DNA of 63,414 nucleotides, filler included, from Reclinomonas americana ATCC 50394 (lineage: Eukaryota): NCBI GenBank assembly GCA_048213135.1. It is 15 parts of 15 records of this genome, joined end to end, with 100 filler letters (N's around TTAATTAATTAA, not from the genome) between each part and the next. Parts side by side here need not be neighbours in the genome. Positions count along the whole stretch, not along the records: positions 37,127 to 38,874 come from AFZH01016836.1; positions 38,975 to 49,465 come from AFZH01016837.1; positions 49,566 to 61,430 come from AFZH01016838.1; 12 more parts are not named here. One strand, 5' to 3'. This document shows, piece by piece, positions 37,216 to 49,722 of this stretch. The notes under the pieces were generated by a model. It had not been told where the DNA came from. It did not search any database and was given only the letters and a program-made list of their open reading frames with translations. Positions within the stretch are counted from its first letter, which is position 1. Every line of letters begins with the position of its first letter. The position numbers and the translations under genes were made by a program.

Positions 37216-38870
37216 CAATGGAAGGAGACGGGGAAAGTATGAGGATGACCTGAGCGAGAAAGTAAATGTGTGTGAGATATAGAGAACATGAGTAGCTGGA
37301 TTGAATCGAGGTGAGTGTCTGCGTGTATTTAGATATCGCGATCACAGTGTGTGAGAGAGAGATAAGATGAATATAGAAAGGGAGTCAACTCGAGATGCGG
37401 GTGTAAACTGAGTGAGTGTGAGAGAAACGAGAAGGTTTGTAAGGGAGGACTGAGACAGTGAGGGTGAGCACGAGACAGAGAGAGAAAGAATGAAAAAGAG
37501 GCGTGAGGATGAGAAAAAGGCGCAGGTGAGAACTGAGACAGTGAGAGTGAGGACTGCGGAATGAGACGTACTCACAATCTGAATCGATGTGTGTGCACGA
37601 GGAATAGAACGAGATGTTGAAATCATGTTTGCATTTTGTGTGTGTGTGTGTGAGAGAGAGAGAGAGCGAGAAGGAAAGAGCGTCAGAAGTCTGCCTTCCC
37701 CCCTTCTCTCCTCGCTGACCACCCTTCTTCCTCGACAGACCACCCCGATCAACAACGCGGAATGGTGGGCGCGCTACAAGCGTGTGGAGCACCCAATGGA
37801 CACTTTCCTGCTGCCGTCAATGGAGCGCTACGCTTTCAACACATGGGAGCGCATCACCCGCAACCAGCTCATCAACATGGTGCACAATGTGGTGCCGATG
37901 ATGCTGAGCAAGCTGGTGAGTGGAACGAGGGAAAGGGGTTGGGGGAGGGAGAAAGAGAGAGAGAAGGGAGTTAGTGCTGTGGCAGTTCTTGCGAGAACAA
38001 CGAAGATGCACGAGCAGTGCAAGAGAGAGTCATAGAAGCGGTTAAGAGCGCTCAGGTGGCTGGAGAGAGGGGTTGATACACACATGCTTCGTGCGAGTGC
38101 GTGAGAGAGACAAAGTGGTCAAGATGTAGAAATTCGACAGAATAGACGCAGGCTACGTCAGCGTGCTTTGTAAACCCACTCAGCAAGCAACGTATCAATT
38201 GACAGTGCTCGGTATGACAGTGAGATAAAGAAGAAGTGTGTGCGTGTGTGAGACTCGCAGATTGCACGCTGCTCCCTTCGCCGTCGCTCTCTCTCTCTCT
38301 CTCACATTCCTTCTCCTTTTGCCTCTTTGCCGTCGACAAAAACGCAATAGACACCATCAGAGTAGAAGTCTGTGAGAAGGGCACCCGATGTAGTCGTCTG
38401 TGTCTCCTCCCCATTCCCCTCCTCCTCGAGAAGATGATAAACACAACTGCGAGAAGAAGTGCGATGCTCTGTTCCCTTTTCCCTTGTCCCCCTCCCTTCC
38501 CCCTTTCGAGAAGCATGACAACACAAACAGCGAGAATACGTGTGTGACGCTCTCTTCCTTCAATCGAGCAGCACGAAAAGGCACATGCAGTGAGAAGAAG
38601 TTTGCGCGGTGAATGAACGCGATTCTCTTCTTCTTTTCCCCTTTCAAGAATCACGAGAAAGACAGACCAGTGTGAGGAAGTCTGCGCTTGTGAAATAATG
38701 CGCTGTTCCCTTCCCCATCATCTCCCTCTTTCCCCTTCCCCCCTTCCCCCCTTTCCCAAATTCCCTTTCCCTCATCTCCCTCACTTCCCCCATTCCCTTT
38801 CGCAGACCCGCGGCCTCCCGCACGAGGACGCCCGAGACATGCTCCGCGAAGCCCTGCGCCGCGTCTACTG
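31731..38870 (+). CDS. TMEM260: TMEM260/DUF2723-family GT-C protein O-mannosyltransferase, partial (spans gaps; 3' end missing)
   Basis: Exons 31731-31808, 32846-33125 (VYLSTLNPSVAGGDSAELVAA, family signature), ~34112-34176, ~35385-35703 (DRSDNYFIEQYGRGILEPLPQDSLLLVTGD), ~37008 (GTVHYL), ~37739-37915 (RYAFNTWE) and ~38806-38870. Confidence 0.8.
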
Positions 38871-39014
38871 GTGCNNNNNNNNNNNNNNNNNNNNNNNNNN
38901 NNNNNNNNNNNNNNNNNNTTAATTAATTAANNNNNNNNNNNNNNNNNNNNNNNNNNNNNNNNNNNNNNNNNNNNTTGTGGGGGACGAGGAGGGAAAGGGG
39001 AGATGCGTTTTTTC

Positions 39015-39922
39015 TCAGCGGCGGTATGACATGCCGCTGGGCAGGGGGGTCGACGGGCTGGAGGTGCCGATGCGGGCCTTCTCGCGGAGGGAGGCAATGG
39101 TCTCGTTCAGCGAGGTGCTGTGGGGGAATGCGCGCTGCCAGTCCTCGGCGGAGGAGGCGGCCTCCTTCCATTTGTGCATGGAGGCGAGGGTGATGGTGCG
39201 TAGTCGGTGGATTTGTTCTAAGAAGGAAAGGGAAAGGGAGTTGAGTGGATGCAATAGGAGCGAGCCATCGTGAAAGGCTTTTATCAAAGGATGGAAGCGG
39301 AGAGAGAGTGCAAAACAGGATAATGGTCTCCGTGCTCCAAGAAAACGATGCGACGACGGCGGGTTGCGTCGTAGAAACAGAGAGCGAGAGTGAGCGTCGT
39401 AATATTGAACATAATTAAGAAAGAAACAGAAAACAGTGCAGAAGGAAGTATGAAACGACAAACGGAAGGAGACAGAGGGCGAGAGGAAGTGAGAGAAAAG
39501 GCACAGAGAGAGCGTGAGAGACGAGAAGGCTAACGATTGCGGAAACAAGGAGCAGGAAGATGAGAAATGAACGGAGTGTCGGAGGGTGGCAGAGAGTGAG
39601 ACGTGAGGCAAGCAAGAGAGAGCCAGAGAGAGAGAGGAGTCGAAATAAGGCGGGCAAAGACTAATCAGGGAGAGGTATGAAGCGACTAACGGAAGTGACA
39701 GAGGGCGAACGGAAGTGAGGCAAAATGGGAGAGAGAGAGGAGGGGGGAAGCGAAGGAGAGAAGGAGAGGAGAGGAGGGGGGAAGCGAGGGAGAGAAAGAG
39801 AGGGCAAGAGGCAATGTCGCAGGCAATTCGCGGAACACAGAGCAGGAAGACGCAGTATGAAGAACAAAGAGTGGGGCGCAGAAAGTGGCTGGAAGTGTGC
39901 AAGAGAGAGAGAGAGAGAGAGA

Positions 39923-39979
<57 letters not shown>

Positions 39980-41248
39980 AGAACCTAACAAGGAGTCGGC
40001 GATCCTCATGACAGACACAACAATGAAGGGAGGAAGCACACAACGGCAAGAGAAAGGGAAAGTGTAAATGCGTGAGAGTGCGTGAGAGAGAGAGAAAGTT
40101 TTGTGGATAGCGACGCAAAGCAGAGGAAAGCCAGCGTGAGATCGCCCACAGAGAGTCTGATAAACATGCAAACGCAATTGCATGAACGCACAATGAGAGA
40201 GAGGGAGAGAGAGAGAGAGAGGAATACTGAGCACGCTGGCGAGACAATCAGAATCATTGCTACCTCTTCGCCTTGCTTCCTTCCTTCCCTCCCTGCCTCC
40301 CTCCCTCCCTCTCCCCCCGCACTCACCCACAACCGCCGACACCTCATAGCTATTCGCATTGTCCTCCTCCACATCATGCGCAGACAGCGTGTGACCCGTG
40401 GCCGCCAAGAACAGCACGACAGCCACCGGCATGCGTCCGTGATGAATCGTCGCTGTGCAGGAGATGAGAGACTTCGGCGTGCAAGCAAGGAAAGACGAAC
40501 TGTGACCACACACACACACCTTCCTCCGATCCCTTCTTCTCAAAAATCTCTTGCAGCGTGGCGAGGCTCGACAGCGCCGCCTCGAGGGGCGCACGTGCCT
40601 GCGGACTGGCCGCACCGCCGGCAATGCCGACGGCGGAGCGCATGTTGATCAGCACCGACAGCATGAGAGCGCCCTCGTGTCGCGGATCGGTGAGCAGCAC
40701 GTGCTTGATGTCGTCGGTGGCGTTGTGGGAGTGCGAGTGCGTTTGTTGCGGGTCGTGGAGGAGGGAGGCGAGGCCGCGCCAGGCGAGCGCGTTGGTGGAG
40801 TCTGAGGGAGAGGGAGAGGAGGGAGAGGTGAGTGGGAAGGTGAGTGCGGTGAGCAGCGATAAGTGAAGGATCAGAGTGAGGCAAGCGGAGATGAGCAACG
40901 TTGAACGAGAGAAGGGGCGACAGTGAGAGACTGAAAGGGAGTGAGTGGATGTTGAAGGAACAGCCGAGAGTGAGTGGGTGACTGAGCGAGAAGGAGAGGG
41001 GGAAGAGACGGAGATTGAAAAGACTGATTGCCTCGAATGAAGGAGATGCATGCATCACGGTGAGTGAGTGAGCAAGCGAGAGTAAGTGGGCGATTGAGCG
41101 AGGAGAAGGACGAGGAGCACGAGGGTCAAGCATGAGTGAGAGAGTGAGAGGGGGAAGAGACGGGGAAACGGATTGAGAAGACCGACCAGAATGAGATGAA
41201 TCACATGAGTGCGTGAGTGAGTGAGTGACTGAGTGAGTCAGTGAGTGA

Positions 41249-41289
<41 letters not shown>

Positions 41290-41575
41290 TGATGAGTGAG
41301 TGAGTGAGTGAGTGAGTGAATGAGTGAGTAAATGAGTGATTGAGAGAGTGAGTGAGTGAGTGAGAGAAAGAGAGAAAGAGTGAGTGAGTGAGTGAGTGAG
41401 TCAGTGAGTGTGTGTGTGTGAGAGAGAGAGAGAGTGATGAGTGAGTGAGTGAGTGAGTGATTGATTGATTGATTGATTGCATGCATGTGTGAATGCACGC
41501 ATGTATGAATGCACGTGCATGTGTGCGGCAAGCATGCATACGTGCAGAGTGTGAGTGTGTCACACAACACAGACG

Positions 41576-41612
<37 letters not shown>

Positions 41613-41881
41613 TCCTTCTCCCTTCCCTCTCTCACTCAACTCGGATCCAACCGCACGGCCTCATTGAGCAACCCGAGCACGCCCTCACTCACTCCGCGAC
41701 CGGCGGTCACCTGTCGCGCGGCCAGCTTCACATACGACTCGGCCTCTTTGCTCTCTGGTGTTTGCGGAGAGGAGGTTGATGCGTGGAGGGAGAATCGTCG
41801 TGCGGCGAGGCTCAGGGCAATGCCGCTGGTGGCGGAGGTGAAGAGGCGGGCGAAGGAGGTGGCGGAGGAGGAGAAGAACAT
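39015..41881 (-). CDS. TPR-like helical protein with a possible mitochondrial presequence
   Basis: In-phase exons 41881-41641, 40801-40520, 40452-40327 and 39217-39015. Ser/Ala/Arg-rich acid-free N-terminus (MFFSSSATSFARLF...AARRFS); TPR turns LNEAVRLDPNSTNALAWRG and VLLTDPRHEGAL. Confidence 0.6.
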
Positions 41882-42312
41882 TGCGTTCGGAGGTAAGGAG
41901 GAGTGGAAGACAATGGAGTGTCATGCGGGACGACCGACATCACAAATCAATAGGTGCATGATGACCACCATGGGTGAGCTCCAGAGACAATGCGAGAGAA
42001 AGTCATAATGTCTATCGCTGGCGTTTCTGCACGAGAAACCACGGATTTGACGCCGAATTGCATCGGTTTCACTTGTCTTATCAGGACTACTCGCTGCGTT
42101 GCAGTCTGCAGGCGGACCACATCGCAGGTGGTCACACATCATATTTGGACCGATTCGTGAGTGTTATCAACGTCTTTTCCTACCCGATATGCTTCATCGC
42201 ATGCGTGGAATCGTTGTTCCTCTACCCGCAGCGCTGCGTGACCCTTGACCCTTTACCGGTTGTGGGACAAGGCGCTGATCAGCTATGTCCAACGGCCCTT
42301 TTGGGACCAAAA

Positions 42313-42583
42313 GGACCCTCAGTAAACGAAGAACACACGTGTGAAAGTCTCTGTGTCACCATCGCCTTCCACTTCATTTACAGCATTGCAATAAATAATG
42401 CGTCAACCGGCAATACAGCAAACAATTCACATAATTACTCCTCTCCAACAGGAGGCAGAGCCAATCAAACGCGTGTTGGCCTCAAAAGGATTTCGTGGCG
42501 CACACAACTCGTTGAAGCTACATCACACGTGGACCCTCAGTAAACAGAGAACATGTGAATGTCTCTGTGTCGCCATTGCCTTC
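42313..42583 (+). repeat. Imperfect ~55-bp direct repeat pair
   Basis: ggaccctcagtaaac...gtgaa..tctctgtgtc.ccat.gccttc at 42313-42369 and 42531-42583. Confidence 0.8.
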
Positions 42584-42646
42584 TGCACTCTTCCAGTTTC
42601 GTGCGCACTCCACCGTGATTCACGCTGGTTCAACAGTGGCCACCGC

Positions 42647-45600
42647 CTACCGCCTGCGCTGTGCCAATTCGAAAGCGCGTAGAATATCCTTTGCCAATTG
42701 AGAATGCTGATCATGATGCGTGTCATGAAGAACCTCACGCATCACTACCAACAACTCTCGAGACAGTCGCTCGGCTTCGGCGAGATTGCCGCTGGCGCGA
42801 ATGCAGCTGGCGAGACTGTACATTGACCGCAGTGTGTCTGCATGTCTGTCACCAAGCACTTCACGCTGCAAGTCCAACACCTCTCGATAGAGTCGCTCAG
42901 CTTCGGTGAGATTGCCGCTGGCGTGCATGCAGCTGGCGAGACTGTACATTGACCGCAGTGTGTCTGGGTGCCTGTCACCAAGCACTTCACGCTGCAACAC
43001 CAACAGCCCCCGAAACAACCGCTCGGCTTCGACGAGATTGCTGCTGGCGTGCATGCAGCTGGCGAGGTTGTGCATGGACCGCAGAGTATCTGCATGTCTG
43101 TCACCAAGCACCTCACCCTGCAACGTCAACACCTCCCGAAACAGTCGCTCGGCTTCAGCGAGATTGCCGCTGGCGTGTATGCAGCTAGCGAGGCTGTGCA
43201 TTGACCGCAGTGTGTCTGCATGTCTGTCACCAAGCACCTCACGTCTCAACGCCAACACCTCCCGATACAGTCGCTCCGCTTCGGCGAGATTGCCTCTGTC
43301 CTTGATGCAGTTGGCGAGATTGTACATGGACGTCAGTGTGTCTGGATGCCTGTCACCAAGCACCTCACGCTGCACCTCCAACACCTCCCGATACAGTCGA
43401 TCGGCATCGGTGAGATTGCCACTCCCCTTGATGCAGCTGGCGAGATTGTTCATGGACCGCAGTGTGTCTGCATGTCGGTCACCAAGCACCTCACGCTGCA
43501 AATCCAACACCTCTCGATACAGTCGATCGGCATCGACGAGATTGCCGCTCGCCTGGATGCAGATGGCGAGACTGCACATGGACGACAGCGTGTCTGCATG
43601 TCGGTCACCAAGCACCTCACGCTGCAACCCCAGCACCTCTCGATACAGTCGCTCGGATTCGGCGAGATTGCCGCTGGCGCGAATGCAGCTGGCGAGACTG
43701 TACATTGACCGCAGTGTGTCTGCATGTCTGTCACCAAGCACTTCACGCTGCAACCCCAGCACCTCTCGATACAGTCGCTCGGCTTCGGCGAGATTGCCGC
43801 TCGCCTGAATGCAGCTGGCGAGACCGTACATGGGGCGCAGTGTGTCTGCATGTCTGTCACCAAGGACTTCACGCCGCAACACCAACAGCCCCCGAAACAG
43901 TCGCTCGGCTTCGGCGAGATTGCCGCTGGCGCGAATGCAGCTGGCGAGACTGTACATGGACCGTAGAGTATCTGCATGTCTGTCACCAAGCACCTCACCC
44001 TGCAACGTCAACACCTCCCGAAACAGTCGCTCGGCTTCAGCGAGATTGCCGCTGGCGCACATGCAATTGGCGAGATTGTGCATGGGTCGCAGTGTGTCTG
44101 CATGTCTGGTACCAAGCACCTCACGCCTCAACACCATCACCTCCCGATACAGTTGCTCGGCGTCGGCGAGATTGCCGCTGGCGTGTATGCAGCTAGCGAG
44201 GCTGTGCATTGACCGCAGTGTGTCTGCATGTCTGGTACCAAGCACCTCACGCCTCAACACCATCACCTCTCGATACAGTCGCTCGGCTTCGGCGAGATTG
44301 CCGCTCGCCTGGATGCAGATGGCGAGATTGTTCATGGACGACAGCGTGTCTGGATGCCTGTCACCAAGCACCTCACGCTGCAACGTCAACACCTCTCGAT
44401 ACAATCGCTCGGCTTCGGCGAGATTGCCGCTCGCCTGAATACAGCTGGCGAGACTGTACATGGGGCGCAGTGTGTCTGCATGTCTGTCACCAAGGACTTC
44501 ACGCCGCAAAGTCGACACCTCTCGATACAGTCGCTCGGCTTCGGCGAGATTGCCGCTCGCGTGCATGCAGCCGGCGAGACTGCACATGGACGTCAGTGTG
44601 TCTGGATGCCTGTCACCAAGCACTTCACGCTGTAAATCCAACACCTCCCGAAACAGTCGCTCAGCTTCGGCGAGATCGCCACTGGCGTGCATGCAGCCGG
44701 CGAGACTGTACATGGACCGCAGTGTGTCTGCATGTCTGTCACCAAGCATCACACGCTACACCTCCAACACCTCTCGATACAGTCGCTCAGCTTCGGCGAG
44801 ACTGCCGCTGGCGCGCATGCAGCCGGCGAGACAGTACATGGACCGCAGAGTGTCTGCATGTCGGTCACCAAGCACCTCACGCTGCAACTCCAACACCTCT
44901 CGATACAGTCGCTCAGCTTCGGTGAGACCGCCGCGTGCCTCAATGCAGCTGGCGAGACTGCACATGGACGACAGCGTGTCTGCATGTCGGTCACCAAGCA
45001 CCTCACGCTGCACCTCCAACACCTCCCGATACAGTCGCTCAGCTTCGGTGAGACTGCCGCGTGCCTCAATGCAGCTGGCGAGACTGCACATGAATGTCAG
45101 TGTGTCTGCATGTCGGTCACCAAGCACCTCACGCTGCGACTCCAACACCTCTCGATGCGGTCGCTCGGCTTCGGTGAGACCGCCGCGTGTCTCAATGCAG
45201 CTGGCGAGACTGCACATGGATGCCAGTGTGTCTGCATGTCTGTCACCAAACACCTCACGCTGCAACTCCAACACCTCTCGATACAGTCGCTCCGCTTCGT
45301 CGAGATTGCCGCTCGCCTGAATGCAGCAGGCGAGATTGTTCATGGTCACCAGCGTGTCTGCATGTCTGTCACCAAGCACCTCTCGCATCAACGTCAACAC
45401 CTCTCGATACAGTTGCTCGGCTTCGGCGAGATCGCCGCGTGCCTCAATGCAGCTGGCGAGATTGTTCATGGACCGCAGTGTGTCTACATGTCTGTCACCA
45501 AGCACCTCACGCTGCACCTCCAACACCTCCCGATACAGTCGATCGGCATCGGTGAGATTGCCGCTGTCCTGGATGCAGATGGCAAGATTGCTCATGGACG

Positions 45601-48600
45601 ACAGCGTGTCTGGGTGCCTGTCACCAAGTACCTCACGCCTCAACACCAGCACCTCTCGATACAGTCGATCGGCATCGGTGAGATTGCTGCTGTCCTGGAT
45701 GCAGATGGCGAGATTGTTCATGGACGACAGCGTGTCTGGGTGCCTGTCACCAAGCACCTCACGCCTCAACACTAACACCTCCCGATACAGTCGCTCGGCT
45801 GCGGCGTGATTGCCACTCTTAAAGATGCAGTTGGCGAGATTGCCCATGGACGACAGCGTGTCTGGATGCCTGTCACCAAGCACTTCACACCTCAACGCCA
45901 ACACCTCTCGATACAGTCGCTCGGCTTCCGTGAGATTGCCGTTCGCCTTGATGCAGATGGCGACATTGTTCATGGACATCAGTGTGTCCGGATGCTTGTC
46001 GCCAAGCACTTCACGCATCAACGCAAACTCCTCCCGATACAGTCGCTCAGCTTCGGTGAGATTGCCGCTCTCCTGGATGCAGGCAGCGAGATCGTGCATG
46101 GACCGCAGTGTGTCCGCATGCCTGTCACCAAGCACCTCACGCCTCAACACCAACACCTCTCGATACAGTCGCTCGGCTTCGACGAGATTGCCACTGTCCT
46201 CGATGCAGTCAGCGAGATTGTACACGGAATGCAGTGTGTCTGGATGCCTGTCACCAAGCACCTCACGCCTCAACCCCAACACCTCCCGATACAATCGCTC
46301 AGCTTCGACGAGATTGCCACCGTCCTCGATACAGATGGCGAGATTGTTCATGGACGACAGCGTGTCTGGGTGCCTGTCACCAAGCACCTCATGCCTAAGC
46401 CCCAACACCTCTCGATACAGCCGCTCGGCTTCGACTAGACGGCCAACACTCTGCAGACAGTTCGCGCGAAGGTGCACGAGGTCAGAGACTATGATCACAT
46501 CATCTTCTGGTTCAACAGTTGCCAGATGCACCTCCAGATAGTCCGCAGCATCACCAGCAAGGCGCACGCTTGTGAGCAATTTTGTCACGCACAGTGCTCT
46601 TCTGTGGTTCACATCTCGGTCCACTCCGTCACTGCTCTGTTCGCGAAGCCACGCAGCACACGCTACTGCAACATCCGCACTGAATTCGCTAACGGGGAGC
46701 CGATTCTCAGCAAACTCCGCCAATTTTGACACGCCGTTCAGTCGCATCCTTGTCACAGAAGGTGGCGTGTTGCTCTCGCCCCCTCCACGCTGCAACACCG
46801 GCAATAGCCCATTCCACAACAGCTGCAGACACGGACGAATGTCGCGCAGCATGACATCGTCGATACTGTACTCGTCAGCCCAAGCCAGTCCACACAGAAC
46901 GACGTCCGACACTGCGTCACGATAAAGACAGAGCTCTCTCTCACGTTCTCCCGATGTCAGCCACTCCATCACGATGTCGTGCACTCCGTACTCCACTCTC
47001 GATGGTGACACAGCAGATTGTTCTCCGCCCCTCACCACCGTTCGATACAGCGTGTCGCACGACTGTGACATCGTGCACTGCACCAACATTGACCGCCGAA
47101 GCTTGTCCAATGCCTGAACCACATCGCCGTCATCGTCACGAGGTTGATCGACTCTCCCTTCAGACGCAAGCAGTTGCAACCAATCCGGAGATGCTGGATT
47201 CGACTCACGTCCCACCAGCCGAACCATCAAAGCAACAGTCCGAGCCGTGACGTGTACTCGCATTTGCTGGAGCGCTGTGACCAAGAGCAGCACCTGCCGC
47301 ATCAGCGGCGTGCACTCAGCCAGATTCTTGCTCATTAGCTCATCAAGCGCCAGTACTCGCGTCTCAGCCAGACGTGCCTGCAACTCACTGCTGGCTAGCG
47401 TCTCCAACGACTGTCGTGCGAGCATCCTAAAAGCATCATTTTCCGTGAGTCCTTCGTCTGCACGGAGAGCAAAGCCCACACAAGAACAATCAACTCACCT
47501 CAAACAGAGAGCCACGCGGAACGCCTGTGGCCTCTCCACCGTCGCCGCCGTCACCTCAAGGCATATCTCCTCCGGTGCGTCAATCTGCTGCCGCACATAC
47601 TGCGCCACATCGTCGGCCTCCACATCGCCCACCGACATGTGAAGCACAACAGCAGAGCTCAACAAAGCTGAGCGTTGCAGTTCGTCGCCAACTCGCTTGA
47701 ACCGCGTCGTCACGAGCACAAGCGGGGCGACCATGAACGGGGAGCCTGCGTGAGAGCAGAAAACAAAACGGTTGGTGACTCGAGCAGGCAAATGTATGTA
47801 CACGCACTGCGAGAAAAGTTGCACACACAAGTACGCACAAGCGAGAAACCGTAGAACACATACAGTACCACGCGCAACTCATTGACAAAAGTGCAAGATG
47901 CACGTACCTGCACTGGCGTGTCCGCGAACACCTGTGACTCGCAAGACATCCAACACTTGCTTCCCCGTGCCGACATTGTCGAGCAACATCACGCCGCGGC
48001 TGTTCTTCATGAAGTGGCTGAGTCGATTGCGCATCATGTCCACATTGCTGTCCTTCTCCCACGACTCAATCTCCGCCAACAAATGTGCGTTGGATTGCAC
48101 AGATGTCATGGCACTGGCGAATCCTCGCAGTCCACTACAGAGCACCTCCGTCGTCTGCGTCGAGACAGAAAAAATCGAATCAGAAACAATGTGCACGCAT
48201 GACAGTCTTCATCCACTTCGACTCACCGATGTGAACTGGCTCTCATCAGCTGTGTGGCCACGCATGTCCGAGTACAGCGCCGAACCGCGCCACTTCTTTC
48301 GCTCCATCTCCGACACAATCAGCTCGGCCAGTGTCGTCTTCCCACTTCCACCCTCGCCAGAGAGCACAATTACTCCGGGTGTGGCATCTGGAGAGAACAA
48401 GCCACAAACGGGGGCATGTGAGCAACAAGAACCAAGAGAAGATGCGGCGCCTCATCTTCTCACCAGCCTCGCATTCCAACAATCGCTCCGCCAGTCGCTC
48501 AGCCTCCGCGACGCGGCTGGGGAATGGAAACCCATCCAACTGGTCCACGTTTCTGAACACGATTGCCCGGCTCACTGGTGTCGCAGCTGTCGCCAGACAC

Positions 48601-49302
48601 ACACAACACATGCCAAAATGAGTACGAATAAAGAGTAACAAAGGACAAGAACGCCGCACGCACAGAAACGGATGGCATCAATCTCTTTCTCGAATTCGCC
48701 CACATCTGGAATGCGTGCTTGTCGCAAAAGGCGCACCACCTTTCCTTCAGCAGCGCCGTCTCCAAGCAGGTCGCGCACCTGTGCGGCTGACAGATGCACA
48801 TCCGGACGATGCATGAGGGCATTTCGCACATTGCGCAGTTGATGCACCGCATCGCGCTGCACGTGCCACAGCAGGTGAACAACACAAAGTGACATAATAC
48901 AAAGAGACACAAGCCACACCTGCGTTGCGTCAGGGATCAGCTGGTGTACATCAACAGGAACAGCACTCGCATCCGGTGTCCAGTGCGCGTTCAGCAGAAC
49001 CGTGGTCAACCACGAAACATCAAACGCACTGCACGAGGGACAAGGGTCGCCCGCATCCAAGGCGCGCTGCCAGTCCTCCATGGCAGTTACCGCCGATACA
49101 GGGCACAACACGCGCTCAAACCCCGGCAACGTGGTGCTGTGCGCAACAATTAGTGAAGGAGGGTGAGTGAGAGAGTGAGTGATTGAGTGTGTGTGAGAGA
49201 GAGAGGGAGGGAGGGAGAGAGCCAACAAACATCGGCTGATGACAACCAGCTACCAAAGACGGAGCACAAAAAGTGACAGACACACAGAGACACAGGTGCG
49301 CA

Positions 49303-49363
<61 letters not shown>

Positions 49364-49655
49364 GACGAACGACGAACGAACGACGACGACGAGACGACGA
49401 CGACGGCGTCGACGACGACGAACGGAAGGAAGACGACGAACGAACGAACAACGAAGAAGAGTAGANNNNNNNNNNNNNNNNNNNNNNNNNNNNNNNNNNN
49501 NNNNNNNNNTTAATTAATTAANNNNNNNNNNNNNNNNNNNNNNNNNNNNNNNNNNNNNNNNNNNNGACCGAACGAACGACGACCGACGACGACGACCGAA
49601 CGAACGAACGACCGGAACGGACGACGACGAAACGAGAAGAGAGACGAGACGAGAC

Positions 49656-49722
<67 letters not shown>

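Noticed and set aside
44756..44758. Genome-wide TAG=Gln reassignment
   Set aside because: There are no other in-frame TAGs in more than 13 kb of long exons, and TAG plausibly terminates XPD (8349) and the TPR gene.
42720..46470. CRISPR-like or satellite array
   Set aside because: Contiguous 126-bp units with no unique spacers that translate as TPRs; eukaryotic context and no cas genes.
42906..46541. Long plus-strand ORFs over the TPR array, and minus-strand ORFs over the NACHT-WD40 genes
   Set aside because: Antisense shadows of repetitive, GC-rich coding sequence with no independent protein signal.
49357..49640. GACGAC/GAACG repeats flanking gap 49466 (also positions 1-9) as telomere-like or functional repeats
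   Set aside because: They are irregular, lie at contig ends next to (GA)n tracts, and look like degraded pyrosequencing read tails.
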